Source: the human T2T-CHM13v2.0 reference genome, Homo sapiens. From it: a DNA stretch of 64,000 bases. Positions 1 to 15,745 of the stretch are shown here, piece after piece. The notes beneath the pieces were generated by a model that was given only the letters and a program-made list of their open reading frames with translations, was not told where the DNA came from and made no database searches. Where the stretch lies: the NCBI RefSeq assembly GCF_009914755.1, contig NC_060926.1; one strand, given 5' to 3'. Both the position numbers and the translations under genes were made by a program. Numbering within the stretch: the stretch's first letter is position 1; each line of letters starts with the position of its first letter.

Positions 1-159
1 CAGTCTAGAGGAAGATGCTGTGTCTAATATCTCTTCCTGCCTAGGGTTCCGTAGAGTCTAGTTTCTGTGGAAAGCCATGTATGGCGATAAAATGAGTGTG
101 ATCCTCTTAGCAAGAAGGCATGGGTGGAATTTCTGCCTTCCGTGTTTGCTAATAAGGGG

Positions 160-345
160 ACTTCATGCCAATTACCTAACCTCTCTGGGTTTTAGTTTTT
201 TCATTTGTCGATGGCACTGATGATATTAATGGAGCCTCTCTCAGAGTAAGCACTTATGGATTTTTGTATGATTTTTAATGCGATGAGATAAATCTTCAGT
301 AAAATTTGAAGTATTATAAAATGTTAGTATTCTTGTAGTTATTAT
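160..345 (+). mobile_element. MIR-family SINE relic
   Basis: Degenerate MIR core 'aattacctaacctctctgggttttagttt...catttgt' and a 3' end like 'aaatgttagtatt...tattatt'. Confidence 0.5.
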
Positions 346-760
346 TGCATTAATTTTCTAGGGCTTCTATAATAAAGTACTGTCGATTGGGTGGCTTAAA
401 CAGCAAAAGCTTATTTCCTGTGGTTCTGGAAGCTGGAAGTTTAAGGTCAAGGTGCCCACAGGGTTGGTGTCTTTTCAAGGTGCCCACAGGATTGGTGTCT
501 TTTGAGGCCTTTCTCTCGGGCTTGTAGATGGCCATTTTCTCCTTATATGCTCACATGGTGTTCCCTTTTTGCAGGTATGTGTCCAATATTTCTCATATGA
601 GAACTCTAGTCACATTAGATTAGGGCTCACCCTAATGATTTCATTTTAACTTACTTTTCTCTTTAAAGACCCTGTATCTAAATGCAGTCACATTCTGAAA
701 AACTGGCTGTTAGGACTTCAGCATACATAATTCTAGGGGGACACAATTCAGCTCATAACA
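346..760 (-). mobile_element. MLT1 (MaLR) solo LTR, MLT1B/C/D-like
   Basis: Starts TG 'tgcattaattttctagggct', has 'ggcttaaacagc...tctggaagctggaagt' and ends 'ggggacacaattcagctcataaca' (CA). This is the reverse complement of the MLT1 consensus. Confidence 0.85.
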
Positions 761-1637
761 TTATTACAATTATTAATTCCAGTTCAGTGGTTAAAATAAT
801 ATTTTTGCATTATGACAGTCATAACTTTATCTATTAAAAAACTGAATACCTATTTCACGTTCCTTTGAGGCTTTATAATCACAAAGTCACCACTTCTCAG
901 AAACAAAAGCAAGCTGGCAGCCTTGCTCCACTGTCTCTCCTTTGCTCAAATGGCCACTGAAACCAGTGCCTTGGCCTCTGTGGGCTTTATCACCTTTGAC
1001 ATGAAATACTCTCTTCACAGTATAATCTCATTTTTTGTGCACCATAAGGGAATCCATTTGAAATGTAGAAGTTGACTCCAATGACAACATACATATGAAA
1101 AATAGTAACTTTCTGTAGTAACTCTAAATTTCCTTCTGGGAAAACACACAAACGTACACGTGTACACATACACACACACAACCCCCCACCCCTCCAACTG
1201 CTAAAATTTTCATGCCTAATTGATATTTTCCAGAAAACCATTTAAGCTGCTTTCTTCTATTATGGCTTCTCTCCTACCAGGCACAGAAACTGTACTGAAT
1301 ATTAGGGATAAGTTTCAGTAGCCCCATTTGCATTCAGTCCTCAGACAAGCGAAGACATGGACAGTGAGTAACATTTATCCTGGGGAAACTGATCAAGAAA
1401 GAGAAGCCACCTGGATAAAACAAGTCAAGGAAATTTGCATACTCAGAACCATGATTTGAGATGCTAATCATTACAGAAGCATGTTTTATTGGTCCATTTA
1501 ATTTGATTTGGAGAGAAATCTCCCTAAAGGATTTGGGGATTTTGCAGACCTAAGGCACTGACATACAGAGTAAAGTTGGATTTTACTATATTACTTGTCC
1601 CTATGGAATCAGTTCATCAAGGCTGCTAATAACTAAA

Positions 1638-2062
1638 GCAGTGGCTTTCAAACTTGAATGGCTTTAAGAATTATCTGGAGAGCTTGTTAAAATGCCACAG
1701 GCTCAAGGAATTCTAACTCATTCAGTCCTGAGTGGGATCTGGAAACCTACACAATATCAAGCCCGCTTCCTCACCCCAAGTGATTTTAATTTTTCTAACC
1801 AACACTCACATAGTGTTTATTATATGTCAGACACTGTTATAAGCATTTTATAAATGTTAACTTATTTCAAGTCACACAATTTTTACATTTTTTTTCCCAT
1901 TTTTTACAGGAGAGCAATGGAGACAGAGTTGCTTATCCAAGGGCAGTCTAGCAAGTGGCAGAGCTGGGGCGTGAGTCCAGGCAGTTTTGTTCCAGAGTCC
2001 GTGCTCTTGGTCACCTTACTTTGATGCGTATCCTCCACCAGCACACTTTGAGAAACACCACA
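1638..2062. mobile_element. MER5-like hAT-Charlie MITE split by a MIR
   Basis: Left part 'cagtggctttcaaactt...ttatctggagagcttgttaaaatgc'. The terminal 'cacactttgagaaacacc' appears after the MIR. Confidence 0.6.
1795..2020 (-). mobile_element. MIR SINE
   Basis: 'aacactcacatagtgtttattatatgtcagacactgtt...cccattttttacagg...agtggcagagctgggg...ccagagtccgtgctctt' matches the MIR antisense consensus. Confidence 0.8.
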
Positions 2063-2399
2063 GTAAGGAATACGCACACAGATGTGACAACTGCCCCTAC
2101 AAAGCAAATCATTCCTGTCAATTATGGATACCTGTCTCATTTATTGAAAACCTACTTCGTGCCAAGGACTCTGGTAGACAGACAAGTTTTTTAAAGCATT
2201 ACAAAATAAGTGTGAAAAACAAAATCCTAAATGAGTCTTGATTAACCCAATTGGGTCTCTCTGTGGCCTAATGGTGGAACCAAATGATGTAGCAGAAGGA
2301 AAGCAATGTTTCTGTGTTTCCAAATGCTCAAACTGCTTCTGAGTACACCCTGGGCTCCATCCAGTGCAGAACTTAAGAATTTGCTCCTATGTTTTTTAC

Positions 2400-2545
2400 T
2401 TTTTCTTTTAAACCAGTATTTATTTGGAAACAATTTCAAATTGACAGATAATATTTAAAGAATAAGAGTAGTATAAAAGACCTTCATATACATTTCACTC
2501 AGAATCACTGACCATTAACATTTTACCTCATTAGGTCCAACAGTT
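2400..2545 (-). mobile_element. Old L1M (L1MC/ME) 3' end fragment
   Basis: 'ttatttggaaacaatttcaaattgacag...ccttcatatacatttcactcagaatcac...ttaacatttt' is typical of an L1M 3' terminus. Confidence 0.55.
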
Positions 2546-2602
2546 GCAAATTCTCTCTCTCTCAGTTTCTCTCTGTCCACATAACGTATACACATTTTTT
2601 AA

Positions 2603-2968
2603 AAATTAATTTTAATTTTTATTTTAAGCTTCAGTGTATGTATGTACAGGAAGTGCAGGTTCATTACATAGGTAAATGTGTGCCATAGTGTTTCGCTGCA
2701 CCTATGAACTCATCACCTAGGTATTAAGCCCAGCATGCATTAACTATTTTTCCTAATGCTCTCCCTCCCCGACTCCACCCCCTGGCAGGCCCCAGTGTGT
2801 GTTGTTCCCTCCCTGTGTCCATGTTTTCTCATTGTTCAGCTCCCACTTATAAGTGAGACCATGTGGTGTTTGGTTTTCTGTTTCTGCCTTAGTTTGCTAG
2901 CTCTACCCATGCCCCTGCAAAGGATATGGTCTTGTTCCTTTTTATGGTTGCATAGTATTCCACAGTAT
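2603..2968 (-). mobile_element. 5'-truncated L1PA (L1PA8-15-like) 3' UTR
   Basis: T-rich tail, then 'gtgcaggttcattacataggtaaatgtgtgcc...gttcagctcccacttataagtgag'. Antisense ORF contains 'QKTKHHMVSLISGS' (ORF2p C-terminus). Imperfect TSD tacaca(a)ttttttaa. Confidence 0.9.
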
Positions 2969-3329
2969 GTACACAATTTTTTAACCATTAGTGCCATTAG
3001 CATTTTCTTATGGGGGAAGTATTGGTACTTTGTCCCAGCAAATAAAAATAATAAATGAAAAAGTTGGTTAGAGTGTAATATATCCACTTGTCACAATCAT
3101 TTTAGCAGCTTTAGAAATGCTATTACTGAAATTATTTATCTGGAATCAGTTATTTCATCATATCATTTAATTTCCAATTGATCATTATAATCAACATTAT
3201 TATCATAACTGTTTTTATTGAGCACTTGTTATGGGCAAAAGGCTTTTTGCATTATCTTATTAATCCACCCAATATTATAATATTATAATAATCCTCTCTG
3301 TGACAGTAATTCTTCCTATCTTCCTCTTC

Positions 3330-3735
3330 ACATGTGCTCCTGCAGGCACGCTGGCTTCCCTGTGGATCTATGAACATTCCAGGCACATTTCGGTCTCATG
3401 GCCTTTGCATCTGCTGTTCTATCTACTGGAATATTATTAATCATGATATTAATAAATGAATTCTTGCATTTTCTTCAATGATTCACTCAAATATCAACAC
3501 TTTAGTGAATCCTTCCTTTTCCATATCATTTAAAATTTCAACACTTCCCTAATATTTTCTTTCCCCCTTCATTGTTGCCTCATTCCCATCTTACATATGT
3601 CAATTACATTTTTTTTCCCTTAAACATTAGTTTCAAGAGGCCAAGATATTTTTCTATTGGGTGTATTCCTGTTTAGCAACCCAGAGAAGTGTGTCAGCCA
3701 TACTGAGGCCTCCTTTAAATATTTGTTGAATAAAC
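3330..3735 (+). mobile_element. L2 3' end, inserted within a MIR (MIR halves ~3205-3295 and ~3737-3860)
   Basis: 'ctggcttccctgtgg...ggcctttgcatctgctgttc...aaatatttgttgaataaa' is an L2 terminus. MIR core 'ggaaaatgaggcctagagaggttag' resumes after it. Confidence 0.7.
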
Positions 3736-4069
3736 ACCCATTGTTAAGGTACGGAAAATGAGGCCTAGAGAGGTTAGATCACTTAGCCAAAGACAAGTTT
3801 CGGGAAAGTGTCAAAGCAAATATGGTATCAGGAAATTGCCTGTAGGGCCTAAATTCTCCGTACGTCTAGTCAGCTGGGAGAAACCTGAGGAACATAATTG
3901 AGTTTCGTCTTTTAGAGTTTTACATTCTAGAGCTTCTATGCTCTTGGTGGAGAAGCTGATGCACACACTTAATGGCTCTGATTTTTGTTGTCACTTGTGC
4001 CCAGCTTAACTATGGAAAAGAATTTGATTTCATAAGAATAAGTGCTCTTAGTAGTAGTACTAGAGACAC

Positions 4070-4295
4070 ACCTCCCATTTGCAAATATACTTGCTATTTT
4101 CCTAGTATTTTTACATACATTGTTTCATTTTACTTCATAATGGGACAGTAAATCCAGGTTCATTATCACCTTTGTGTGGATGAGGAATTGGAAGCCCTTT
4201 TGGGTTAGTGATTTTCTCGAGGTCATACAGCAAAAATGTGGTTGTATCAGAACTAGGGCCAAGGTTCCCAATCTCTGACCTGATTTTTCACCAAC
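4070..4295 (-). mobile_element. MIR SINE
   Basis: 'gatgaggaattggaagccc...gttagtgattttctcgaggtcatacagc' MIR core. Confidence 0.7.
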
Positions 4296-4677
4296 AATTT
4301 TCTTGCTCAGCCGCTCATGCTACTATACTCTGTTATACAAAATAACTCTTCTAAATAAATAAACCAATGCTGGCCCTATAAAATTATAGGTATGGTAAGA
4401 ACAGTAGTCTCAGTGGTATCTGCAAATTCCTGTATTACTTCATTAATTTTACTCAGCAGTACCAAAGGGTTTTAGGAAGTTGAGCAAGAAGACCCCCTGG
4501 TCATTTGGGGACAGACATTTAACAATAAATTGAGCCTGAATCTTATAGTCCCCAAACCTGACTTCCTGAGTGACCAAGCAGAGATGGAATTTAAGGAACA
4601 AGCATCTTCCCTGTAAGTCCCATCATTGTGTTCACCACAAATTACAAATACTTATATATGAAATATGCATCTAGAGG

Positions 4678-5389
4678 CGTTACCAGTGGCAACTCCATAT
4701 GGGTCTGGGTCTGTAGCAACTCTATTCTTGCCTTCTTTGAGGAAAGAATTTGGCTGAGGGACAGAAGGCAGAGTGAGAGACTGAGGCAAGTTTTAGAGCA
4801 GGAGTGTAAGTTTATTAAAAAGTTTTAGAGCAGGAGCAAAAGGAAGTAAATAAAGTACACTTGGAAGAGGGGCAAGCGGGTGCCTTGCGAGATCCAAGTG
4901 CCCCATCTGACCCTTGACTTGGGTCTTTAATATATTGGTATGTTCCAAGGTTTGGGTTTCTTCTCCCCTGATTTTTCCTTGTGGCAGGCTGTCCGCACGC
5001 ACAGTGGCCTGCCAGCGTGTCGGAGGTGCTGCATGCTCAGTGTGTTTACTGAAGTTGTGCCCATGATCACTTGAGGCATTTTTCCCTTACCAGTCGAGTG
5101 CTGCAAGAAGAAGGTCATAAACCAGTTAAACTCTGCCATTTTGCCTGTTACTGCACATGCTTGAGCTCCACTTACCCAGCTCCTGCGATCTCATCAGGAA
5201 GCTGCTCATCACCAGCTTCAGGTGTTTCCCATCTATTGGGAGACTGCCTTTCCCTGGCACCAGCTGCAACCAATTATTATTTTAGAGCAAGTTTGACATC
5301 TGCCCAACCGTCTGCTAATGGTCACCTGACATTTCTGGGAGTGATGCTCTCTTGCCCTGCTCATGTATGCCTAGATACCTACTCTAACA
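4678..5389 (-). mobile_element. MER50 solo LTR (ERV1)
   Basis: Ends 'ccctgctcatgtatgcctagatacctactctaaca', the reverse complement of the MER50 start. Internal 'ctattgggagactgcctttccctggc'. Perfect 4-bp TSD GAGG at 4674-4677 and 5390-5393. Confidence 0.88.
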
Positions 5390-6029
5390 GAGGTATTCAG
5401 TTCCGTAAAATAATAGATTTGTTGTCATTGTCAGTAGCCATCAGTTATGTTTTATATTTCCAAGCAGTTTTTAACTTCATCACATCTCTTAAGAGCAACA
5501 GCCGTATGTAACTTTTATTATTAATAACCCAGTGATGTTAGTATAAGTAATAATCTCCTTAATTACCACATTCCAAAAAAATGTCTCGGGGTTGTTAATG
5601 GCTTATCTAACATCTCACAGTTAATATCACTTATTCTCTTGAATGCAAGTCTGTGCTTTTGTCACCACATTGCAGTGGGGCAGGAGAAATATCTGGCATC
5701 TACTAGGAACTTAGTTGACATCAGCTTTCTCTTTCTAATTCTCTCTTCCCTATAATTAAATTATCTTATCATCTTGCAACTTTGTGAGATGATTGCGTAT
5801 TTTAATCTCCGTTTTGATGAATAAGAAAGCCTTTGTAATGGATCTCAAGAAGAGGAATTTAAATCCAACAAACAAAGAGAAAATAGTGCACTGAATATTT
5901 GCATTGGGTTTTATATGTTCCAGGTCACATTTCAAAGTTGCCTTTCTGTTAGACTTCATAGTTGTCAGGGCTACTAGGAAACAAGTTCCTTGACGGCTCT
6001 TTTAGAATTATTTGCACTCAGAATTCTTT

Positions 6030-6583
6030 GGTTCTATTCCAGTTATTTACTGTTGCACAACAAATCTATGTCTAAGGTTAGTAGCATAAAACCACAGGAT
6101 TGCATTCTATATCATAGTTTTCTTGGGTTAGAAATTTGAATAAGGAGATTATTGTCTTCCACTGGATATTAACGGAGATTGCTTGATAGTGTTCAGTTGC
6201 AAACGTGCTGGTCTGGAAAGCCCAAGAAGGCCTCTTGGTGTCTTGGAAAGGATAGGACCCTCGAGTAGATGGTGCCTGGATGAGATGGCTGGGAGCCTGG
6301 GTTCACCGGGGACTGTTGACCAAATGACACATGTGGCCTTTGTGATATGATGATTTCAAAGTGGTTGGATTTCTTACATGGTATCTCAGGGCTCCCATAG
6401 AGCGTTTTCCAAGAGACAGGAAACAGGTAGTGTAGCAAAATTAGTAACACCACTTCCACTATATTCTACTGATCAAATAGTCACATGCCTGTTCAGATTC
6501 AGAGGAAAGAAGGAAAGAGGTATAGACACAACCTCTCAGGGAGAAAAACATCACCAAATTTGTGGCCATCTTTAATATTCACA
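6030..6583 (-). mobile_element. MLT1H/I/J-like MaLR LTR
   Basis: Begins 'tattccagttatttactgttgcacaacaaa' and ends 'tttgtggccatctttaatattcaca'. Confidence 0.7.
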
Positions 6584-7088
6584 TTTCATGTAGTTCTACT
6601 CTATGAGGATAAGCATGCTGGTATCTGATCTGGTCACAGTCTGAACTGTACAGCAAAGGATGAGGGTAGTGAAATGTGGAGTGATGAGCATTAGAAGATG
6701 CTTTTTGCCTCTGAGGAGGATTTCCCTAGGCAAAAAGTGGAAAGTAGTTAAAATTGATCTTTGCTGTTCTGTTTGCTATTAATCTTGAGGTGAAGGTTCT
6801 GGCAAACATGTTGAATAACTGAATTCTGCTCTAGCAAACAACGCCCGCCATCCCCATATCTACTAAGTTTCCTAAGACCATGTTTCCCAAACTGCTGCAA
6901 TTCTGTATCATGTTGACCATTTTTACCATATCAGGGTCCTTCTTGAAGTATTGTTTAACTTCTTTTTCTAACTTAATTTACTCCATTTTATTTAAGTTTT
7001 AAGATACATTTTTCATCACTCTTATAAATGGAAAGCCATTATCACTTGTCATAAGTAGAGATACTTCTGAAAATAAAACCATTATCTA

Positions 7089-7367
7089 CAGCAGAGGTGA
7101 GCAAACGTAGTGGTCATTGGCTAAATCCAGACTTTGGCTTGTTTTTGCACAATCTGCAAGCAATAAAATAAAGAAGGGAGGGATGGATTATGGACAAGAA
7201 GGAGAGAAACACAGAGGGAGAAAGGAAAGAGGAGGAAAGGAAGTTGGGAAGAAGGGAAAAATGGAGGAAGAAAGAAAGAAGAATGTAGCAAAGACCATAC
7301 ATGGCCTGCGAAAGCTAAAATATTTACTGTCTGTCTCTTCACAGAAAAAGTTTGATGACCCTTTCTC
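7089..7367. mobile_element. MER58-like hAT-Charlie MITE with an internal purine-rich tract
   Basis: 'caga...gagcaaac...aaatccag' start and 'tggcctgcgaaagctaaaatatttactgtctg...acagaaaaagtttgatgacc' end. Confidence 0.75.
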
Positions 7368-7456
7368 TAGAGCTATGCTTTTCTTCTTGCTTGTCCTTCC
7401 AATGCAATATTATGTGCTTGTGTTTGCTGCCTGCTTAGAAAGCTGCATTTGATGCT

Positions 7457-7690
7457 GTGTGGTGACCAACAAATCAATCATGCCTCCTTTCCATGGTCTA
7501 GAGTTGTTGCTGAGCAGCAGCTGTCCAGGCGAGGGATTACAATTCTGAGCCATGGCATCTAGTGGAGCCATGAGAATGGTTCTTACTAATGGTACATAAA
7601 CAAAAGTGATGGGTGTCATTTTGGGTTCCAGGTGGTTAAATACTGGTTGCATGATCCTTCACAATCTCTGTCCTCTCATGCCTTTGTCTG
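7457..7690 (+). mobile_element. MLT1J/K-like LTR fragment
   Basis: 'gggattacaattctgagcc...gccatgagaatggttct...aagtgatgggtgtcatttt' resembles the 5' half of MLT1J/K. Confidence 0.5.
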
Positions 7691-8804
7691 CCAGTTGAAA
7701 GATGCTTTGTTTAAGGAAATAAGATATTTTGCAATTTACACTATGGGATCTGATGAACAGTTGTCAGCCTTAAAAACACATACCCATTAATTTTTATTGT
7801 GTCCCATTGGCCATAATTATACCAAAAATACATATGCTGGCGAAGTTATAGTAGCAATAACCTTATTACAGGGTAACTATTATGTGGGCCTGTATGTGAC
7901 AGAAATTGGTAGTTAAGAAATAATACTGATTTTCAGGCTATGAGGGCAAAATATTGCTTGTCAAATTCATTCAGGGATATTTTCTGAGTCCCAAAAGTAG
8001 ATGTGAGCTAAGAAGTAAATTAATCAGTTTAGGATTTCTATTAACTGAGATTCCAAAGGTCTTAATATTAACAAATTACAATGATTAACTCAGACATAAT
8101 TTCAGTTGCAGGCATGGGTAATCCAGATAATGGCATGTTGAAGACATATAATAGAATAAAACCCATGCAGTACTAAAAAATAAATAAATACATAAAAGTA
8201 GGTTTTATTTAGTCAATTTATCAAGGTTACTATTTGTTGTTGCTAATTGCAGTACTTTTCATGTGCAAAACACTGCAGTTTCTTAAATGTGATGTCAATT
8301 AGCCTCACATTGAATAAAAAAGGTAAATAAGTTTTATCAAGTTTTCTTCCTCCTCTTTCCCTTCCTTCCTTTCTTTTTTCCTTTTTCCTCAAAGAAACAA
8401 AGATACCATACAGTAAAGTAGCTTGTCCACAGTTATGTGAGCTTTTCTATAATCCATTGGTATCTTCCCTACCATTTCCATTTTCTCCTCAAGCAGTAAG
8501 CCCTTTAATTCATTTTTAGTTTATATTTCTAGTTTAGTGATTTTTTTTAACATAAGCAAATACATATGTGGACATCTATCTATCTATCCACGTCGCCACT
8601 TCCTCACACAAAAGGCAGCACCCTATACATAGTTCTACACTGGTTTTTTTGCTTATTTTCTATTTAACGTATATCCTGGAAATTGCCATAGCAATGTATA
8701 AAGATACCTTTAAGCTTTCTTACAATCACATAATAATCCAATGTGAGGATATAATATAGTTTATGTAACTTGTCCTTTTTGATATGTATTTGGAGGTGTT
8801 TCTA

Positions 8805-9131
<327 letters not shown>

Positions 9132-9647
9132 ATAATATCAAAAAACTGAGAAAATATGACAGCAAATATTCTTAGAAAAACTTAGAATGTATGATAAAAT
9201 ACCATTGTCATACATTCTCTCATATTTGGCTACATACTTTGGAAAAGATTCTGAGATGTAGGATTACTGGGTCAAAAAGCAAATGCATGTACAATTTTGT
9301 TGAAAAAATGCCTTATTACACTCTCTATGATGTTTCTTCTGTATTTCATTCCCAACAGTAATGGAAGAAAATGCCTGTTTTCCCACAGGCTCACCTTCTT
9401 TCCCAAGACAGGATTTTGGCTGTTTTCTTCTGGGAATAAAATACTTCTCAGTGTGATGCTTTTTGTTTTGTTTTTGTTTTTGTTTTTTTTCCATTTTACT
9501 TGTTTGCCAATCCTATTATTTATGCAAAAACTACACAACTTTTTTTAAGTTTATATTCCCACTAATCATAGTAGCATTATATTCTTACTTGAGTTTTCAT
9601 TGCACTGTTCTCATAAGGAACTTGAGTATCTTTTCATATGTTTAAAA

Positions 9648-10536
<889 letters not shown>

Positions 10537-12179
10537 ATATTTGAAGACATTTTAATGTCTTTCCATAAAGTGTTTGATCACATGTTGTGTCCATTTTTCT
10601 TTCAGCTTGCTAGTTTTATTCTTCAACATTCTTTGAAGCTTTAAATATTAGGCATACTAAGTTTTTATCAGTGATAGAATTTACAGTATCTGAGATATAA
10701 TTTACAATTAATCTAAGATCCAAGTAACAATTATTACAATTATTACTCTAAGATCCAAAACACAAATATTTATTGTAGTTGGTCATATTTTGCTTAGGTA
10801 TTTTTGGCATGTAAACTATTATACTTTTTAAAAACTTATGTAAAAAATCTATTGACCTTTTCCATAATGCTTTTGGAAAAGGAATATATCATCTCTAGGT
10901 AGGTGTATAAAGAAAATAAACTGTTCTATTTAATACTTGAATAATTTCTGCTTATTTGCATCTCTTACCCATTGGGTATTTGTTGTGGTATCTGTGTGTA
11001 AGAAATATTTACAGGCTTTTTAAAACTTTTATGTTTGGTGATCTAGTTCCTCATATGCCATGTATTTAAAAGTTAATCTTTTCATTAATGACTTGGAAAA
11101 GCATATTTTCATTTATTCATATAGCATATCTTTCCTTTTAGTGTTTCTCTCAGTTTCAAAAATCATTCAGTCTATTCATTAACCAATATTTATTTAATAA
11201 AATTTGTAATACAGAGGCTTCATAACGGCTTCAATATATGATGGAGTTGGCTTACCCTACCATCATGAAGAGGATACCTGTGGAACCTTCCTAAGAAACA
11301 GACATTGATCTTCCAAAGCAGGTGAAGCTCAAATACAGCAAGAGTCGCACATAGCTGCATACCTGGGGCATGCCACATGGAATCATGTGTTGCACACACA
11401 GGAAACAAAGGGTGTTTTTAAATGTCAGTCCCACATCAAAAGATGCAAAGGCAAATGCTTTTAGTAGCAGAATTTGATTTGTAATTGAGCTTTTTCTCCC
11501 AAACACAATTCTTTTTGTTTGGGGTGGGGAATGAATTTCAGCAACTCCATATATGTTTGTTGAACAAATGAATGAATTAAAGAATGAACTCCATGAACTA
11601 AAGGCAGGAATTTCCATGCTCAAGTTTGTAAAATATTCTTCTATACAATTATAGTTAGGGCAAATAACAATACAAAAATATATTCAGGTATGCCTAGACC
11701 ATAAGAATGGCTCAGACTGGATTGTACTGGAAAAATGTATGGATCTGATTATTGAATAAAATAAATTATTACTTGTAAAACGAAAAATTGGAAAAGAGCC
11801 TTAGCAGTTGAATATAAAATATTAAAGAGTATTAAAAATGACATAGGCATTCATTCACTTGACCAGTGTTCGTTTTATGCCTACTACATAGCTAGCAAAA
11901 ATCTATGATGAATTACTAAAGTGAACAGTGTTTGTACACTTAAGATAAAGCATTTAGTAACCACGAAACTCCTGCTTGAAGTCCTTAAAACCATGAAATG
12001 TCAAACCAAACCCAGATTCTCAGTTGACAGATTGTTGTATTAATCCATTCACCAAAATGCAAATATTAATAGAGAATGCATTTTTATTTTATCAATACAT
12101 GCTTTAATGTTGTCTGAAATGTTTGGGGAATAAAGAAGAGAAGTAATGGCTTTAAAAGAGTTAAGTTCATGTTTACCCA

Positions 12180-12720
12180 GGTGGACAATCACAGTCTAAA
12201 TGCTGATTAAAATTTTAGGTCAACTTGGAGGGAAAGAACCTGAGATCACTCACAGAATTCTGCTCAAGTGCCTTCCTACTTTCCGTCAATAACTTCAATT
12301 GATGTAGAGAGGATTTTTTACAAATATAACTTATGAACAATTTAAATCTGGAAGAGCAAGCAATTATGGTGAATTCTAGAATCAATGCTCAGAATCAAAA
12401 GGCTGAAATGACACATCAAAGCTAGCAAAATGAAATCAACTGGAATCTAACAGGTTGACATTCCATGTTTTAAAAACATAATTATAAAGGTAATTGTGCA
12501 AGAAGTCATGGAATACCAAAGCTCAGAAACAAAAGTTTAAACAAAACTTTAACTTGAGTTGACATTAAAATTTAAAGTATAAGTAATATCCTAAGACTGG
12601 CATTCATAATTGTGCAGATATTTTCCAGTATTACAATGGATAGTTTCTGCCAAATAACTCATCTAACAGACAGTCATGCATATCGGTATCTATACTTTCA
12701 GATACACATTTTTTCAGCAA
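12180..12720 (+). mobile_element. L3/CR1 LINE relic (RT region)
   Basis: Degenerate CR1 RT-like motifs 'caacttggaggga...tcaataactt...aatctggaagagcaagcaa...aaatgaaatcaac'. Confidence 0.4.
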
Positions 12721-12908
12721 ACCAGGTACTGTAAAGTATAAGGCCCTATAATGTTCTTTTCATTATCTAACCCTCTAACACTTTGAAGCACATTAATTCT
12801 TTTTATCTCCCTGCTTTTTGTTTCCCTCTCATTCTGACTTACATTGGTTAGCCAAAGGAGCAGCAGAGTATTGCAGTCTGAGATTAAAGTGAACCTGCTT
12901 TCCTTTTC

Positions 12909-15745
<2,837 letters not shown>

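Noticed and set aside
5071-5511. 146-aa ORF
   Set aside because: Antisense read through the MER50 LTR with a TTG start and no recognisable domain.
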